A stretch of 64,000 nucleotides of DNA from Burkholderiales bacterium (lineage in GTDB: Bacteria; Pseudomonadota; Gammaproteobacteria; Burkholderiales; Burkholderiaceae_D), in the NCBI GenBank assembly GCA_026399895.1, contig JAPLQC010000022.1, forward strand, positions 7,132 to 71,131, read 5' to 3'. A program made the translations under genes and the position numbers. The notes under the pieces are model-generated. The model worked only from the letters and a program-made list of their open reading frames with translations, searched no databases and was not told where the DNA came from. Every line of letters begins with the position of its first letter. Position 1 is the stretch's first letter. Positions 9,578-19,287 of this stretch are shown piece by piece.

Positions 9578-11599
9578 ATGAATCTGTTCTTCGAAGAGTC
9601 CGGCGATTTTAAAGTGGGCACGATACTGAGCCAGCAGGGTGAGGCTTATCAGGTCGAGACGCCATCGGGCAAGCGCACCAAGGTGCGTGCGCGTGATGTG
9701 CTGCTGCAGTTCGAAACTCCCACCGCTGCAGATATGATCGCCAGTGCGCATCGTCTGGCTGAAGAGATCGATGTGACTTTTCTGTGGGAAGTCGCCGGTG
9801 AAAACGAGTTCGGCGTCACCGAGCTGGGTCATGAGTATTTTGGTCATGCCCCTAAACCGGATGAGGCTGCCGGCCTGTTGCTGAAGATTGCAGCATCGCC
9901 GATTTACTTTCATAAAAAAGGCAAGGGTCGCTATAAAGCTGCACCCGCCGCCACGCTACAAGCAGCGCTGGCCGGTATTGAAAAGAAAAAACAGCAAGCC
10001 CTACTGCAGCAGGCCATGGTCGAGCAGTTAAAAGCGGGGCAGTTACCCGAGGCGATTCGGGCGAGTGCGCGTCAGTTGCTGACCAAGCCTGACAAGAACA
10101 GTATCGAATACAAAGCACTCGATGCAGCCTGCGCCGAGCTGCAAACTTCACCAGCACGAATACTGCTCTCGATCGGTGCGATTGCGTCTGCAAAAGACTT
10201 GCACCTGTCACGTTTCTTGACCGAGCATTTCCCGCGCGGTACCGAGTTTCCGGGCATTACGCTACCCAGTATGCCCTCGCTGCCTCTGGCCGACGTGGCT
10301 GCGTTTTCCATTGATGATGTCACCACCACCGAGATTGATGACGCCTTCTCGTTGACACGCGTGAGCGATACCAGCGTACGTATCGGTATTCATATTGCAG
10401 CGCCCGGTCTTGGCATCAGCCAAGGCGATGCCATCGATGGTATGGCGCGTGATCGTATGAGCACGGTATACATGCCCGGCGATAAGATCACCATGCTGCC
10501 GGATGCATTAGTCGAGCAGTTCACGCTGGCGGCGGGCGATGCCAGACCTGCGTTATCACTCTATGCGACGCTGGATACGCAGACATGGACGGTCACAGCG
10601 ACCGAGACGCTGATCGAGCGGGTGCCTATCGCAGCCAATCTTCGACACAATGATCTCGATGCACAAGTCACCGAGCAGGCACTCGCTGAGGGCAGTGGCG
10701 AGTATCCCTACAAGAATGACATCACGCTGCTGTGGCAATGGGCGCAGCAGCTTGAGCTGGCACGCATGGCCAAGCGCGAGGCGTTCGGACTCCGACCAGA
10801 GCAGGTGAATCGAGTCGACTTCAATTTTTATGTGGATGACGACGTAGTTACTATCACTCGTCGCAAGCGTGGCGCACCGCTAGATAAAATTGTTGCCGAG
10901 CTGATGATCTTTGCCAATAGTACTTGGGGCAAGCTGATGCATGAGCATGGTGTGCCCGGTATCTACCGAGCGCAAGGCGGCGGTCAGGGTTGGTCATCGC
11001 GCATGCAGGTACGTATGCAAACTCATGCAGCACCTCATCAGGGTTTAGGTGTTGATCAATACGCCTGGAGCACATCACCACTACGGCGCTACACCGATCT
11101 GGTGAATCAGTGGCAGATCATTGCCTGTGTTCGTGGCGGTGTGACTGCACCTTTGATTGCGCCTTTTAAACCCAAGGATGCTGATTTATTCGCTATCGTC
11201 TCCGCCTTCGACAGCGCCTATGGGGCCTATGCTGATTTTCAAGCCACCATGGAGCGTTTCTGGTGCCTGCGTTGGCTGGCACAAAACGAGATTAAGCAGA
11301 CGGATGCGGTTCTATTGAAAGATGATCTGCTGCGGCTACTCGAGATACCTTTGGTGATCCCGATGACCGGCGTTCGTTATGCGCGCGGTACACAGCTGAA
11401 GCTTGAATTGATTGAATGGGACGAAGTGGATCTCGCCGTGCAAGCACGCGTGCTTGAGGTGGTGACGACAGCTGAAACGCTTGCAGAAGCGGTGGAATTA
11501 GAAGAGGCAGACGCCCTGAACGAGGAAGAGCAGGTGGCGGAGCAGAGTGTCGATTCAAACAGCCCTGCAAGCGATACGGCGGCGAGTGACAACCCATGA
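9578..11599 (+). CDS. RNase II/R-family 3'-5' exoribonuclease (RNB domain)
   Basis: 673 aa with the RNB catalytic motif TTEIDDAFSL, a later SPLRRYTDLV motif, and an acidic C-terminal tail. Confidence 0.85.
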   Translation: MNLFFEESGDFKVGTILSQQGEAYQVETPSGKRTKVRARDVLLQFETPTAADMIASAHRLAEEIDVTFLWEVAGENEFGVTELGHEYFGHAPKPDEAAGLLLKIAASPIYFHKKGKGRYKAAPAATLQAALAGIEKKKQQALLQQAMVEQLKAGQLPEAIRASARQLLTKPDKNSIEYKALDAACAELQTSPARILLSIGAIASAKDLHLSRFLTEHFPRGTEFPGITLPSMPSLPLADVAAFSIDDVTTTEIDDAFSLTRVSDTSVRIGIHIAAPGLGISQGDAIDGMARDRMSTVYMPGDKITMLPDALVEQFTLAAGDARPALSLYATLDTQTWTVTATETLIERVPIAANLRHNDLDAQVTEQALAEGSGEYPYKNDITLLWQWAQQLELARMAKREAFGLRPEQVNRVDFNFYVDDDVVTITRRKRGAPLDKIVAELMIFANSTWGKLMHEHGVPGIYRAQGGGQGWSSRMQVRMQTHAAPHQGLGVDQYAWSTSPLRRYTDLVNQWQIIACVRGGVTAPLIAPFKPKDADLFAIVSAFDSAYGAYADFQATMERFWCLRWLAQNEIKQTDAVLLKDDLLRLLEIPLVIPMTGVRYARGTQLKLELIEWDEVDLAVQARVLEVVTTAETLAEAVELEEADALNEEEQVAEQSVDSNSPASDTAASDNP

Positions 11600-12474
11600 T
11601 GGCGCAGGACAAGCGCTTGCTCTGGGTTGCTATTTGCGCCTCGTTGGTGTTGCACGCGGCATTGTTGGCTTTGCGTTTCGCGCCACCGGCTGCAGAAAGG
11701 GCAGCCCCGTTCAACACAGGGTTGTCAGTAATTCTCGTCAACGCCAAGCATGACCATGCGCCCATGCAGCCTGATGCGCTGGCGCAGGCCAATCTCGATG
11801 GGGGTGGCGCAGCTGATGCAGGACGTGCTCGCTCGCCTTTGCCTGATCTTGGTCGCATGAACGAGGGTACCCAGCTAGAGGCGCAGCGTCAGCGTGTCAC
11901 CGAGCTCGAGCGTACCCAGCGTCGCCTGCTATCGCAATTGAATGAGCGTCAGCCAATGACGACACCCGTCGGTGAGCCCAATGATTCACCGCAGTTCGAT
12001 ACCCGCCATATCCGTTCGGTCGAGCAGATTCAGGCCATGGCCAGACGTGAAGCCGAGATTGCGCGTGATGTTGCTGACTACAACAAGCGTCCGGTGAAAT
12101 CTCAGCTGACACCGTCAACGCGTGAAGTGAGTCATGCGCTGTATTACACTGCATTGCAGAAAAAAATCGAGCTGACCGGTACCTTGAATTTCCCGCAGCA
12201 TGACGGAAAAAAAATGTATGGTGATCTAGTGGTCTATATCCCCGTGTATCAGGACGGTAGCTTGTATCTAAAAGAAGGTGGCCCGCGTATCGAGCGCAGC
12301 TCTGGTAACTCAGCGCTCGATGCTGCTGCACTTGTGATCGTGCGCCAGGCTGCACCCTTCGGGCACTTTCCCGCGGCGCTGATGAAAGATGGTCGTGAGC
12401 GGGTTTGGGAGATCATCACGCGCTTTTCTTTCACGCGCGAGCAACAGCTACAGACGCAATCCGTCGGTGGATAA
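11596..12474 (+). CDS. TonB-family protein (N-terminal anchor, C-terminal TonB-like domain)
   Basis: TM helix LLWVAICASLVLHAALLAL and C-terminal ...SSGNSALDAAALVIVRQAAPFGHFP. Its start overlaps the rnb stop (ATGA). Confidence 0.7.
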   Translation: MMAQDKRLLWVAICASLVLHAALLALRFAPPAAERAAPFNTGLSVILVNAKHDHAPMQPDALAQANLDGGGAADAGRARSPLPDLGRMNEGTQLEAQRQRVTELERTQRRLLSQLNERQPMTTPVGEPNDSPQFDTRHIRSVEQIQAMARREAEIARDVADYNKRPVKSQLTPSTREVSHALYYTALQKKIELTGTLNFPQHDGKKMYGDLVVYIPVYQDGSLYLKEGGPRIERSSGNSALDAAALVIVRQAAPFGHFPAALMKDGRERVWEIITRFSFTREQQLQTQSVGG

Positions 12475-12478
12475 GCCC

Positions 12479-13288
12479 ATGACAGACCGCTACCTTGTTA
12501 TTGGTAACCCGATCGCGCATAGCAAGTCGCCGCAGATTCATGCGCAATTTGCGCAGCAGACGGGTGAAGCGATGGTCTATGAGCGCTTACTCGCGCCGCT
12601 CGATGGTTTTGTCGACTCGGTGCATAATTTTATCGAGCACGGTGGCCGTGGTGCGAATGTAACCCTGCCTTTCAAGTTAGATGCATTTGCCTTGGCGGAG
12701 CAACGCAGCGAACGCGCGCAAGCGGCAGGCGCAGTGAATACCCTCGTGTTCGAGCGCGGTCGCATCATCGGCGACAACACCGATGGCGTCGGATTGGTGC
12801 GTGATATCAGCGTGAATGCCGGTGTCGCAATCAAGGGACAACGCGTGCTACTCGTTGGTGCGGGTGGCGCAGCGCAGGGCGTGATCCTGCCGTTACTCGA
12901 GCAAGCGCCGCACTCAATCACGCTGTGTAACCGTACCCAGCGTAAAGCAGAGGAATTGGTGCAGCAGTTTTCACATCCTGCTTTGCAAGCGTGTGCTATT
13001 GATGCACTCAGCGATGTTTATGATCTTGTGATCAACGCGACGTCTGCTGGTTTATCAGGTGATTTGCCGCCCCTACCTGCTGCGGTGTTTGGCAGCACGA
13101 CCTTTGCCTACGACATGATCTACGCAGCACAAGCGACAAACTTCATGCAGCTGGCACAGTCGCATGGTGCGCAGACGCGCGATGGCTTAGGCATGCTGGT
13201 CGAGCAAGCGGCTGAGTCATTTTATTTGTGGCGTGGTGTACGACCCGACACCGCGCCGGTCTACAAAAGCTTACGCGCGCAGGTATGA
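12479..13288 (+). CDS. aroE: Shikimate dehydrogenase
   Basis: MTDRYLVIGNPIAHSKSPQIH and GAGGAAQG NADP motifs. The start was trimmed to the ATG at 12479. Confidence 0.92.
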   Translation: MTDRYLVIGNPIAHSKSPQIHAQFAQQTGEAMVYERLLAPLDGFVDSVHNFIEHGGRGANVTLPFKLDAFALAEQRSERAQAAGAVNTLVFERGRIIGDNTDGVGLVRDISVNAGVAIKGQRVLLVGAGGAAQGVILPLLEQAPHSITLCNRTQRKAEELVQQFSHPALQACAIDALSDVYDLVINATSAGLSGDLPPLPAAVFGSTTFAYDMIYAAQATNFMQLAQSHGAQTRDGLGMLVEQAAESFYLWRGVRPDTAPVYKSLRAQV

Positions 13289-13980
13289 GATTGCGCCGCG
13301 GATGGTTGTTTTGGTTGGTCGGCGTTCCGGCGGCGCTGGTTATCCTGCTACAGCTTTGGTATTTTGTTCAGGTCTGCTGGTGGGTGAACCATAACCCGAG
13401 TTCTACGGCATTCATGCGTGAGCAACTCGAGCGCCTGCGCCAGAAGAACCCCAAGGCCGAGCTGCAGCATCAGTGGGTACCTTATGCGCGTATTTCCAAT
13501 AATTTAAAGCGCGCCATCATCGCTTCGGAAGATGCGAACTTCGCCGAGCACGAAGGCGTTGACTGGGAAGCGCTACAAAAAGCTTACGAAAAAAATGCCA
13601 AGAAGGGCAAGGTCGTACGCGGCGGATCGACCATCACCCAGCAGCTGGCGAAGAACTTATTCTTGTCGAGTGAGCGCAGCTATGTGCGCAAGGTACAGGA
13701 GATGCTGATCACCTTCATGATCGAGGCGGTGATGGATAAGCGCCGCATCTTCGAGATTTATCTCAATTCAGTCGAATGGGGCACAGGTGTGTTCGGCTGT
13801 GAGGCGGCGTCGCGCAAGTATTTTGGTGTGCCTGCCGCCAAGCTCGGTCCCGCCGAGGCCGCCCGGCTGGCGGTGATGCTGCCGAACCCACGGTTTTTCG
13901 GGCGGCATCTGGATTCGAACTATCTCAACAAGCGCTCGGCGTTGATCCTGACGCGCATGAATAGCGCAGATTTACCCTGA
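13285..13980 (+). CDS. mtgA: Monofunctional biosynthetic peptidoglycan transglycosylase
   Basis: GT51 motifs ASEDANFAEHEGVDW and GGSTITQQLAKN. Its ATGA overlaps the aroE stop. Confidence 0.92.
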   Translation: MRLRRGWLFWLVGVPAALVILLQLWYFVQVCWWVNHNPSSTAFMREQLERLRQKNPKAELQHQWVPYARISNNLKRAIIASEDANFAEHEGVDWEALQKAYEKNAKKGKVVRGGSTITQQLAKNLFLSSERSYVRKVQEMLITFMIEAVMDKRRIFEIYLNSVEWGTGVFGCEAASRKYFGVPAAKLGPAEAARLAVMLPNPRFFGRHLDSNYLNKRSALILTRMNSADLP

Positions 13981-14255
13981 GGCTGGCGACTCAAGCCTTG
14001 CCTCATCCCCTGTAAAAAAGTAAACTCGTACCGTTTTTAACAACGGAGACTCCTTTGGGCAGTCCCATTTCGACTCACCGGCCGGTATCGGGCGGATTCC
14101 TCGCAAGCTGACGCAGCTTCTCGCGCGCCGCTTGCCTGGTTCGGGTGAGCAGGCGTGCATGGCCAATCTCTGGCCACGCTCCCTGATATGTAAAGCAATC
14201 GACCTGCAGCGTTCGTGCTGCGGCCATGCCACATCCGTGTGGCGGGAGAAAGCGA

Positions 14256-15221
14256 ATGATCAATGTATTTGTGCTGCAAAACGGCCGGCTCAGCCAGGTC
14301 AACATCGAGACGCGCGACGATCTAGAGCGGGCGACGCCGATCTGGGTCGATCTGACCGATCCCAGCGACGAAGAGCGCGACTGGGTGCGCGGCATCTATG
14401 GCGTGACGCTGCCGGATGAAGACGAGGTCAAAGACATCGAGGCTTCCGCGCGTTACTACGAAGCCGATAACGGCGATCTGCACTTGCGCTCAGATTTTTT
14501 ACTGGAAGAGGACGAGGGCGAGTCGCGCGTGGTGACGGTCGCGTTCATTCTCGCCAAAGACATGTTGTTCTCAATGCATAACGACGACTTGCCGGTGTTT
14601 CGTCTAGTGCGTATGCGCGCACGTTCGCGTCCCGGCTCGATTGGTGATTTCAAGGATGTACTGCTGGATCTGTACGCCACCGATGTCGAGTACTCGGCCG
14701 ATGCGCTCGAGGGCGTTTACCAGAATCTGGAGGAAGTCAGTCGTAGCGTGCTGCAAAAAGAATTCAGTGATGCCGATGCGGCCGAGTCGCTGTCCGCCAT
14801 GGCACGCGAGGAGGATTTGAACGGTCGTATTCGTCGCAACATGATGGATACCCGACGCGCGGTCAGCTTCATGATGCGTGGGCGGTTGCTGAACGCTGAG
14901 CAGTTCGATGAAGCGCGACAGATTTTGCGTGATATTGAATCGCTGGACGGCCATACCGCATTTTTGTTCGAGAAGATTAACTTCCTGATGGATGCCACGG
15001 TCGGTTTCATTAACATCAACCAGAACAAGATCATCAAGATCTTCTCGGTGGCGTCGGTCGTCTTCTTGCCACCGACCCTGATCGCGAGCATCTACGGTAT
15101 GAACTTCCGTATCCTGCCAGAGTTGAACTGGAGCTTCGGCTACCCGTTTGCAATGTTGCTGATGGTTGCCAGTGCAATTACGCCGTTTTGGTATTTCAGG
15201 AAGCGTGGCTGGTTAAAATAA
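14256..15221 (+). CDS. corA: Magnesium/cobalt transporter CorA
   Basis: 321 aa with the YGMNF signature before the last TM helix. The start was trimmed to MINVFVLQNG. Confidence 0.9.
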   Translation: MINVFVLQNGRLSQVNIETRDDLERATPIWVDLTDPSDEERDWVRGIYGVTLPDEDEVKDIEASARYYEADNGDLHLRSDFLLEEDEGESRVVTVAFILAKDMLFSMHNDDLPVFRLVRMRARSRPGSIGDFKDVLLDLYATDVEYSADALEGVYQNLEEVSRSVLQKEFSDADAAESLSAMAREEDLNGRIRRNMMDTRRAVSFMMRGRLLNAEQFDEARQILRDIESLDGHTAFLFEKINFLMDATVGFININQNKIIKIFSVASVVFLPPTLIASIYGMNFRILPELNWSFGYPFAMLLMVASAITPFWYFRKRGWLK

Positions 15222-15252
15222 AAAAAGGCGTGCACTGCACGCCTTTTTTATT
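15222..15252. terminator. Bidirectional rho-independent terminator between corA and hemL
   Basis: AAAAAAAGGCGTGCACTGCACGCCTTTTTTATT: a perfect GC-rich hairpin flanked by an A-run and a T-run. Confidence 0.8.
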
Positions 15253-15264
15253 AGCGGTGCTGAC

Positions 15265-16569
15265 TTAAGCAGCAAGCTTTGCAAACGACCCACGCGCTGC
15301 TGCAAGCGTTTCATCGATCACCGCATCGCTATGCATCGCTGACACAAAGCCAGCCTCAAACGCAGATGGCGCTAGGTACACACCGGCGTCGAGCATGGCG
15401 TGGAAGAACTGGTTGAAGCGTTCCTTGTTACCGGCCATGATCTGCGCATAGTTTTCCGGTACCTGCTCACTGAAGTAAATACCGAACATGCCGCCCACGG
15501 CGTCTGAACTAAAGGCAACGCCAGCGTCTTTCGCTGCTGCTGCCAGACCATCTACTAGTTTGCGCGTCTGCGCGCCAAGCTTGTCATAGAAGCCAGGCTG
15601 CTGAATGATTTTCAGTGTACTCATACCAGCCGCCACCGCGACTGGATTGCCCGACAAGGTACCAGCTTGATACACCGGACCGAGTGGTGCCAGATGCTTC
15701 ATCATATCGGCGCGACCACCAAACGCTGCAACCGGTAAGCCACCACCAATCACTTTGCCCAGCACAGTCATGTCAGGTTGTATACCGTATAGCGACTGCG
15801 CGCCACCCAAAGCCACACGGAAGCCCGACATCACTTCATCAAACATTAGTACCGCGCCATGCTGCGTACATAGGCGACGCATGGTTTGCAAGAATTCGGA
15901 CGTTGCGCGAAGCAGGTTCATGTTGCCGGCGACTGGTTCGACGATCACTGCTGCGATACGGTCGCCCATGTTGCTGAACGTCTCTTCGAGTTGGGCGCAA
16001 TCGTTGTAGTCGAGCACCATGGTGTGCTTGGCAAAATCAGCCGGCACACCCGCCGAGGTAGGGTTACCGAAGGTGAGTAATCCGCTACCGGCTTTTACGA
16101 GCATTGAGTCCGCATGGCCGTGGTAGCAGCCCTCAAACTTGATCACCATATCGCGTCCGGTAACACCGCGCGCGAGCCGCAGTGCACTCATCGCTGCTTC
16201 AGTACCCGATGAAACCAAGCGCACCATTTCAATTGACGGAACCAGCTTGCAGATTTCCTCTGCCATCAGGATTTCGCCTTCGGTGGGCGCGCCAAACGAG
16301 AGACCATTTGCTGCTGCAGCTTGTACTGCTTTGATCACCTCAGGGTGGGCATGGCCGACAATCGCGGGGCCCCACGAGCCGATATAGTCGATATACCGCT
16401 TGCCATCAGCGTCCCAGAAATAGGGTCCTTCGGCACGGGTGATAAAGCGTGGTGTACCACCAACTGAGCGGAATGCGCGTACCGGTGAATTAACACCACC
16501 CGGCGTGGAGCGCTGCGCGCGAGCGAACAAGCTATCGTTTTGAGACACGGTCACCTCTCTCTGGATCAA
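15265..16569 (-). CDS. hemL: Glutamate-1-semialdehyde 2,1-aminomutase
   Basis: 434 aa with [11 protein letters not shown] and class-III aminotransferase motifs. Confidence 0.96.
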   Translation of the reverse strand: MIQREVTVSQNDSLFARAQRSTPGGVNSPVRAFRSVGGTPRFITRAEGPYFWDADGKRYIDYIGSWGPAIVGHAHPEVIKAVQAAAANGLSFGAPTEGEILMAEEICKLVPSIEMVRLVSSGTEAAMSALRLARGVTGRDMVIKFEGCYHGHADSMLVKAGSGLLTFGNPTSAGVPADFAKHTMVLDYNDCAQLEETFSNMGDRIAAVIVEPVAGNMNLLRATSEFLQTMRRLCTQHGAVLMFDEVMSGFRVALGGAQSLYGIQPDMTVLGKVIGGGLPVAAFGGRADMMKHLAPLGPVYQAGTLSGNPVAVAAGMSTLKIIQQPGFYDKLGAQTRKLVDGLAAAAKDAGVAFSSDAVGGMFGIYFSEQVPENYAQIMAGNKERFNQFFHAMLDAGVYLAPSAFEAGFVSAMHSDAVIDETLAAARGSFAKLAA

Positions 16570-16586
16570 GATCGTCGAATTTTTAG

Positions 16587-17417
16587 TTATTTTCCTGCGG
16601 CGCCTGGCTCAGGCTCGCGCGACCAAAAGTAACGGTCAGGCAAGCGTTTGCCCATGCCGAGTCGCAGCGCATTACCGAGCGCAGCGTGCGTGAATTCTTC
16701 TGCTTCCAGCACCGCCTCCGGTACTGCGACACCATTCGCCAGCATAGCGCTGATTGCAGCGGAGATCGTGCTACCCGCGCCAATGAAGGTTCCCGGCAGT
16801 CGTTGTTGGCGGTCGCTACGGACTAAACCTTCGCTGCCGAACAGCAGGTTCTGTACTTGCTGCGCTTCGCCGGGTACACCTGTGACGAGTACGAATTCGC
16901 AGCCGAATTCGATTAGCTGCATTGCGTCAATCTCCAGCGTGTCATCGTCACTGGGCTCACGCCAGGTTTCTGCCATGCGTGCCAGCTCGTCGGCGCACAA
17001 CTGCACCAGTGTCGCTTGCGGAACCAATAGCTGGCGGATCGCGAGCAAGATATCTTCATCGTCACGTTGCTGCGGAAGCAGGGCGGAGAAAGGATCCAGC
17101 ACCATCGGTGCTTGTGGGTAGTCGGAGATGATTTCTGCGACTGCGGCGATGGTTTCAATGCTATCGAGGTGGCCAAGCTTGAAGGCGGCGACCGGAATAT
17201 CCTCGAGCAGGGAGCGAGCTTGATCGGCGACCCAGTCCGTATCGATCGGCTGCACATCCTCGACCACTGTCGTGTCACCGACCAGAAGTGCGGTAATTAC
17301 GCAGACGGTGTGACAACCCAGCGCGCCACAGGTCGCGACATCAGCCTGGATGCCGATCGCACCGACCGGATCGGCGACGCCGAAGCTCAATACCACCGGT
17401 GACGATTGGATTTGCAC
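16587..17417 (-). CDS. ThiD-family hydroxymethylpyrimidine/phosphomethylpyrimidine kinase-like protein
   Basis: [19 protein letters not shown] resembles the ThiD N-terminal motif. The start was trimmed to the GTG at 17417 because the longer ORF runs antisense through the rubredoxin gene. Confidence 0.7.
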   Translation of the reverse strand: MQIQSSPVVLSFGVADPVGAIGIQADVATCGALGCHTVCVITALLVGDTTVVEDVQPIDTDWVADQARSLLEDIPVAAFKLGHLDSIETIAAVAEIISDYPQAPMVLDPFSALLPQQRDDEDILLAIRQLLVPQATLVQLCADELARMAETWREPSDDDTLEIDAMQLIEFGCEFVLVTGVPGEAQQVQNLLFGSEGLVRSDRQQRLPGTFIGAGSTISAAISAMLANGVAVPEAVLEAEEFTHAALGNALRLGMGKRLPDRYFWSREPEPGAAGK

Positions 17418-17468
17418 GTGGAAAGCATTAACATAGTCGGCTGAGCATTTTACTTTAAGGGCCGTACC

Positions 17469-17663
17469 GTGAGTGACAACAAGAACACCGAGCAAGAATA
17501 CAAGACATGGATGTGCCTCATCTGCGGCTGGGTCTACGATGAAGCCGCTGGTTTGCCCGACGAAGGCATTGCGCCTGGCACCCGCTGGGATGATGTGCCG
17601 ATGAACTGGACCTGTCCGGAGTGCGGCGCCCGCAAGGAAGATTTCGAGATGGTCGCGATTTAA
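17469..17663 (+). CDS. Rubredoxin
   Basis: It has CLICG...CPECG iron-binding pairs and the WDDVP motif, with a GTG start as listed. A terminator follows. Confidence 0.9.
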   Translation: MSDNKNTEQEYKTWMCLICGWVYDEAAGLPDEGIAPGTRWDDVPMNWTCPECGARKEDFEMVAI

Positions 17664-17693
17664 CGGCAAGTTCTGAAAAATCGCCGCAGTGCG

Positions 17694-17724
17694 TGCAGGG
17701 CGACTCATCGCCCTGCAGTTTTTC
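17694..17724 (+). terminator. Rho-independent terminator after rubredoxin
   Basis: TGCAGGGCGA-ctca-TCGCCCTGCA (10-bp stem) followed by TTTTT. Confidence 0.7.
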
Positions 17725-17879
17725 GTATATCGCCCAAAGAATTGCTAATCGCGCAGTTCATGCGCCGAACTGTCGCCAAAATGACGACAATGCGCAAAGT
17801 TTGATTTTTCCTTGTTTGAAGGTGTTGCTCTTTTTGATACAGTCCGCGCCGTTGCTTGCAGATCTGGAGCGGTTGCGCG

Positions 17880-18278
17880 ATGGGGGCTTCACTGGATGGA
17901 CCGCAGATTCTGGTCATCGATGACAGCAGTACGATACGTCGATCTGCTGAAATTTTTCTGACCCAGGCCGGCTACCCGGTCATCCTTTCCGAAGATGGTT
18001 TCGAAGCGCTTGGCATCATTGTCGAGCGCCAACCTGCGCTGATCTTCTGCGACATCCTCATGCCCAGGCTGGATGGCTTCCAGACCTGTGCGCTGATCCG
18101 TCACAGCAAAAGCTGTTCTCATATTCCGGTGGTGATGCTGTCGTCGCGCGATGGTCTGTTTGATCGCGCGCGCGGTCTGCTTGCCGGCGCCTCGGATTAC
18201 CTGACCAAACCATTCACCAAAGACAGCTTGTTACAGGCCGTGCGCAAGTACGCATTGCCAACGCATGCGGCTGCCTGA
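17880..18278 (+). CDS. pilG: Twitching-motility response regulator PilG (CheY-like)
   Basis: Single REC domain (VIDDSSTIRR, DILMPRLDG, KPF). It is the first gene of the pilGHIJ-chpA order. The start was trimmed to the ATG at 17880. Confidence 0.85.
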   Translation: MGASLDGPQILVIDDSSTIRRSAEIFLTQAGYPVILSEDGFEALGIIVERQPALIFCDILMPRLDGFQTCALIRHSKSCSHIPVVMLSSRDGLFDRARGLLAGASDYLTKPFTKDSLLQAVRKYALPTHAAA

Positions 18279-18309
18279 GGTTCGCTCTTTCACACTCGCC
18301 CTAACCAAT

Positions 18310-18687
18310 ATGCCAATCAAGCACATTCTTGTTGTTGATGATTCACCGACCGAGCGTCATTTCATCACCGACTTACTGAGCCGTCATGGCTACAGCGTTA
18401 GCACTGCTGATAACGCCGAGGTGGCGATGCTGAAGATCAAGGCACAACCACCGCAATTAATCCTGATGGATGTGGTGATGCCCGGCCTGAATGGCTTTCA
18501 TGCGACGCGCGAGATCGCCCGTGACCCGGTCACGCGCGATATACCCATCATCATTTGTAGCAGCAAGCATCAAGAGACCGACCGTATCTGGGGCTTACGT
18601 CAAGGCGCACGCGAATATTTGGTGAAGCCGCTCGATCCCGACACGTTGTTGCAAAAGATCGCTGCGCTGTCGCGCGCATCTGTCTAG
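18310..18687 (+). CDS. pilH: Twitching-motility response regulator PilH (CheY-like)
   Basis: Single REC domain (VVDDSPTERH, DVVMPGLNG, VKPL). The start was trimmed to MPIKHILVVDD. Confidence 0.85.
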   Translation: MPIKHILVVDDSPTERHFITDLLSRHGYSVSTADNAEVAMLKIKAQPPQLILMDVVMPGLNGFHATREIARDPVTRDIPIIICSSKHQETDRIWGLRQGAREYLVKPLDPDTLLQKIAALSRASV

Positions 18688-19262
18688 TGCGCGTGGAGAC
18701 ATCGACGGTCGCCCGTCTTGGGTCGCTGCAAAGTTTTCAGCAGCAGCTCGCCCAGCGTCTGCAAAACGCACAGAAGTCGAACAGGAGTGCGAAGTCCTAT
18801 CTGGCTTGCGCGACTGGTAGGCAGCGTTGGCTATTCGATTTGACGCATACCGACGAAATACTTGGCGGCGAACAGCCGACACCGATTCCCTTCACCCGCG
18901 ACTGGTATCTCGGCTTAGTCAGTCATCGCGGCCAGCTGATCGGTGTGATTGATCTTGAAGGATTCGCCGGTGCCGATCCCAAGCCGTGGCAGCAGAGTGA
19001 TCGTTTGCTGGCTCTCTCAAGCACGCTACCGGTGCCTTGCGCCATCCGAGTGACCCAAATGATCGGCGTGATTGATCAAGCGCATCTCAATCCAGCGCAT
19101 TTCAATCCAGCGCATTTCAATCCTAAAGTCCCCAGCACTACGCCACCGAGTTGGGCGCCGCATAGTTTTACCCATAGCGATGGCAGCCAGTATTTCGGTG
19201 TCGATCTCTTGATGCTGATGGCACAGCCATCTTTTCTCGACATTGCGCAATACCCAGCCTGA
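18687..19262 (+). CDS. pilI: CheW-like coupling protein PilI
   Basis: Its position is between pilH and pilJ and it has CheW-like blocks ([23 protein letters not shown]). The start codon is uncertain (GTG). Confidence 0.72.
   Translation: MRVETSTVARLGSLQSFQQQLAQRLQNAQKSNRSAKSYLACATGRQRWLFDLTHTDEILGGEQPTPIPFTRDWYLGLVSHRGQLIGVIDLEGFAGADPKPWQQSDRLLALSSTLPVPCAIRVTQMIGVIDQAHLNPAHFNPAHFNPKVPSTTPPSWAPHSFTHSDGSQYFGVDLLMLMAQPSFLDIAQYPA
19080..19124 (+). repeat. 3 x 15-bp in-frame tandem repeat inside pilI
   Basis: GCGCATCTCAATCCA / GCGCATTTCAATCCA / GCGCATTTCAATCCT, encoding [15 protein letters not shown]. Confidence 0.95.
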
Positions 19263-19287
19263 TTCATCGTTTTTACCGGAGCACCGC

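Noticed and set aside
13981-14255. Possibility that the corA leader is an M-box (ykoK) Mg2+ riboswitch.
   Set aside because: I cannot recognise the conserved M-box core by eye, and that class is mainly found in Firmicutes. It is kept only as an unnamed structured-leader hypothesis.
17418-17708. N-terminal 97 codons of the listed 373-aa ORF 16587-17708.
   Set aside because: This extension runs antisense through the well-supported rubredoxin gene. ThiD-family similarity only begins at [13 protein letters not shown], so the CDS was trimmed to the GTG at 17417.
19080-19124. Short tandem repeats (here, and at 23572-23625 and 54650-54720) considered as CRISPR-like or non-coding VNTR arrays.
   Set aside because: The units are 9-15 bp, directly abutting without spacers, in frame and inside well-supported genes. 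They are coding microsatellite-type repeats, not CRISPR.
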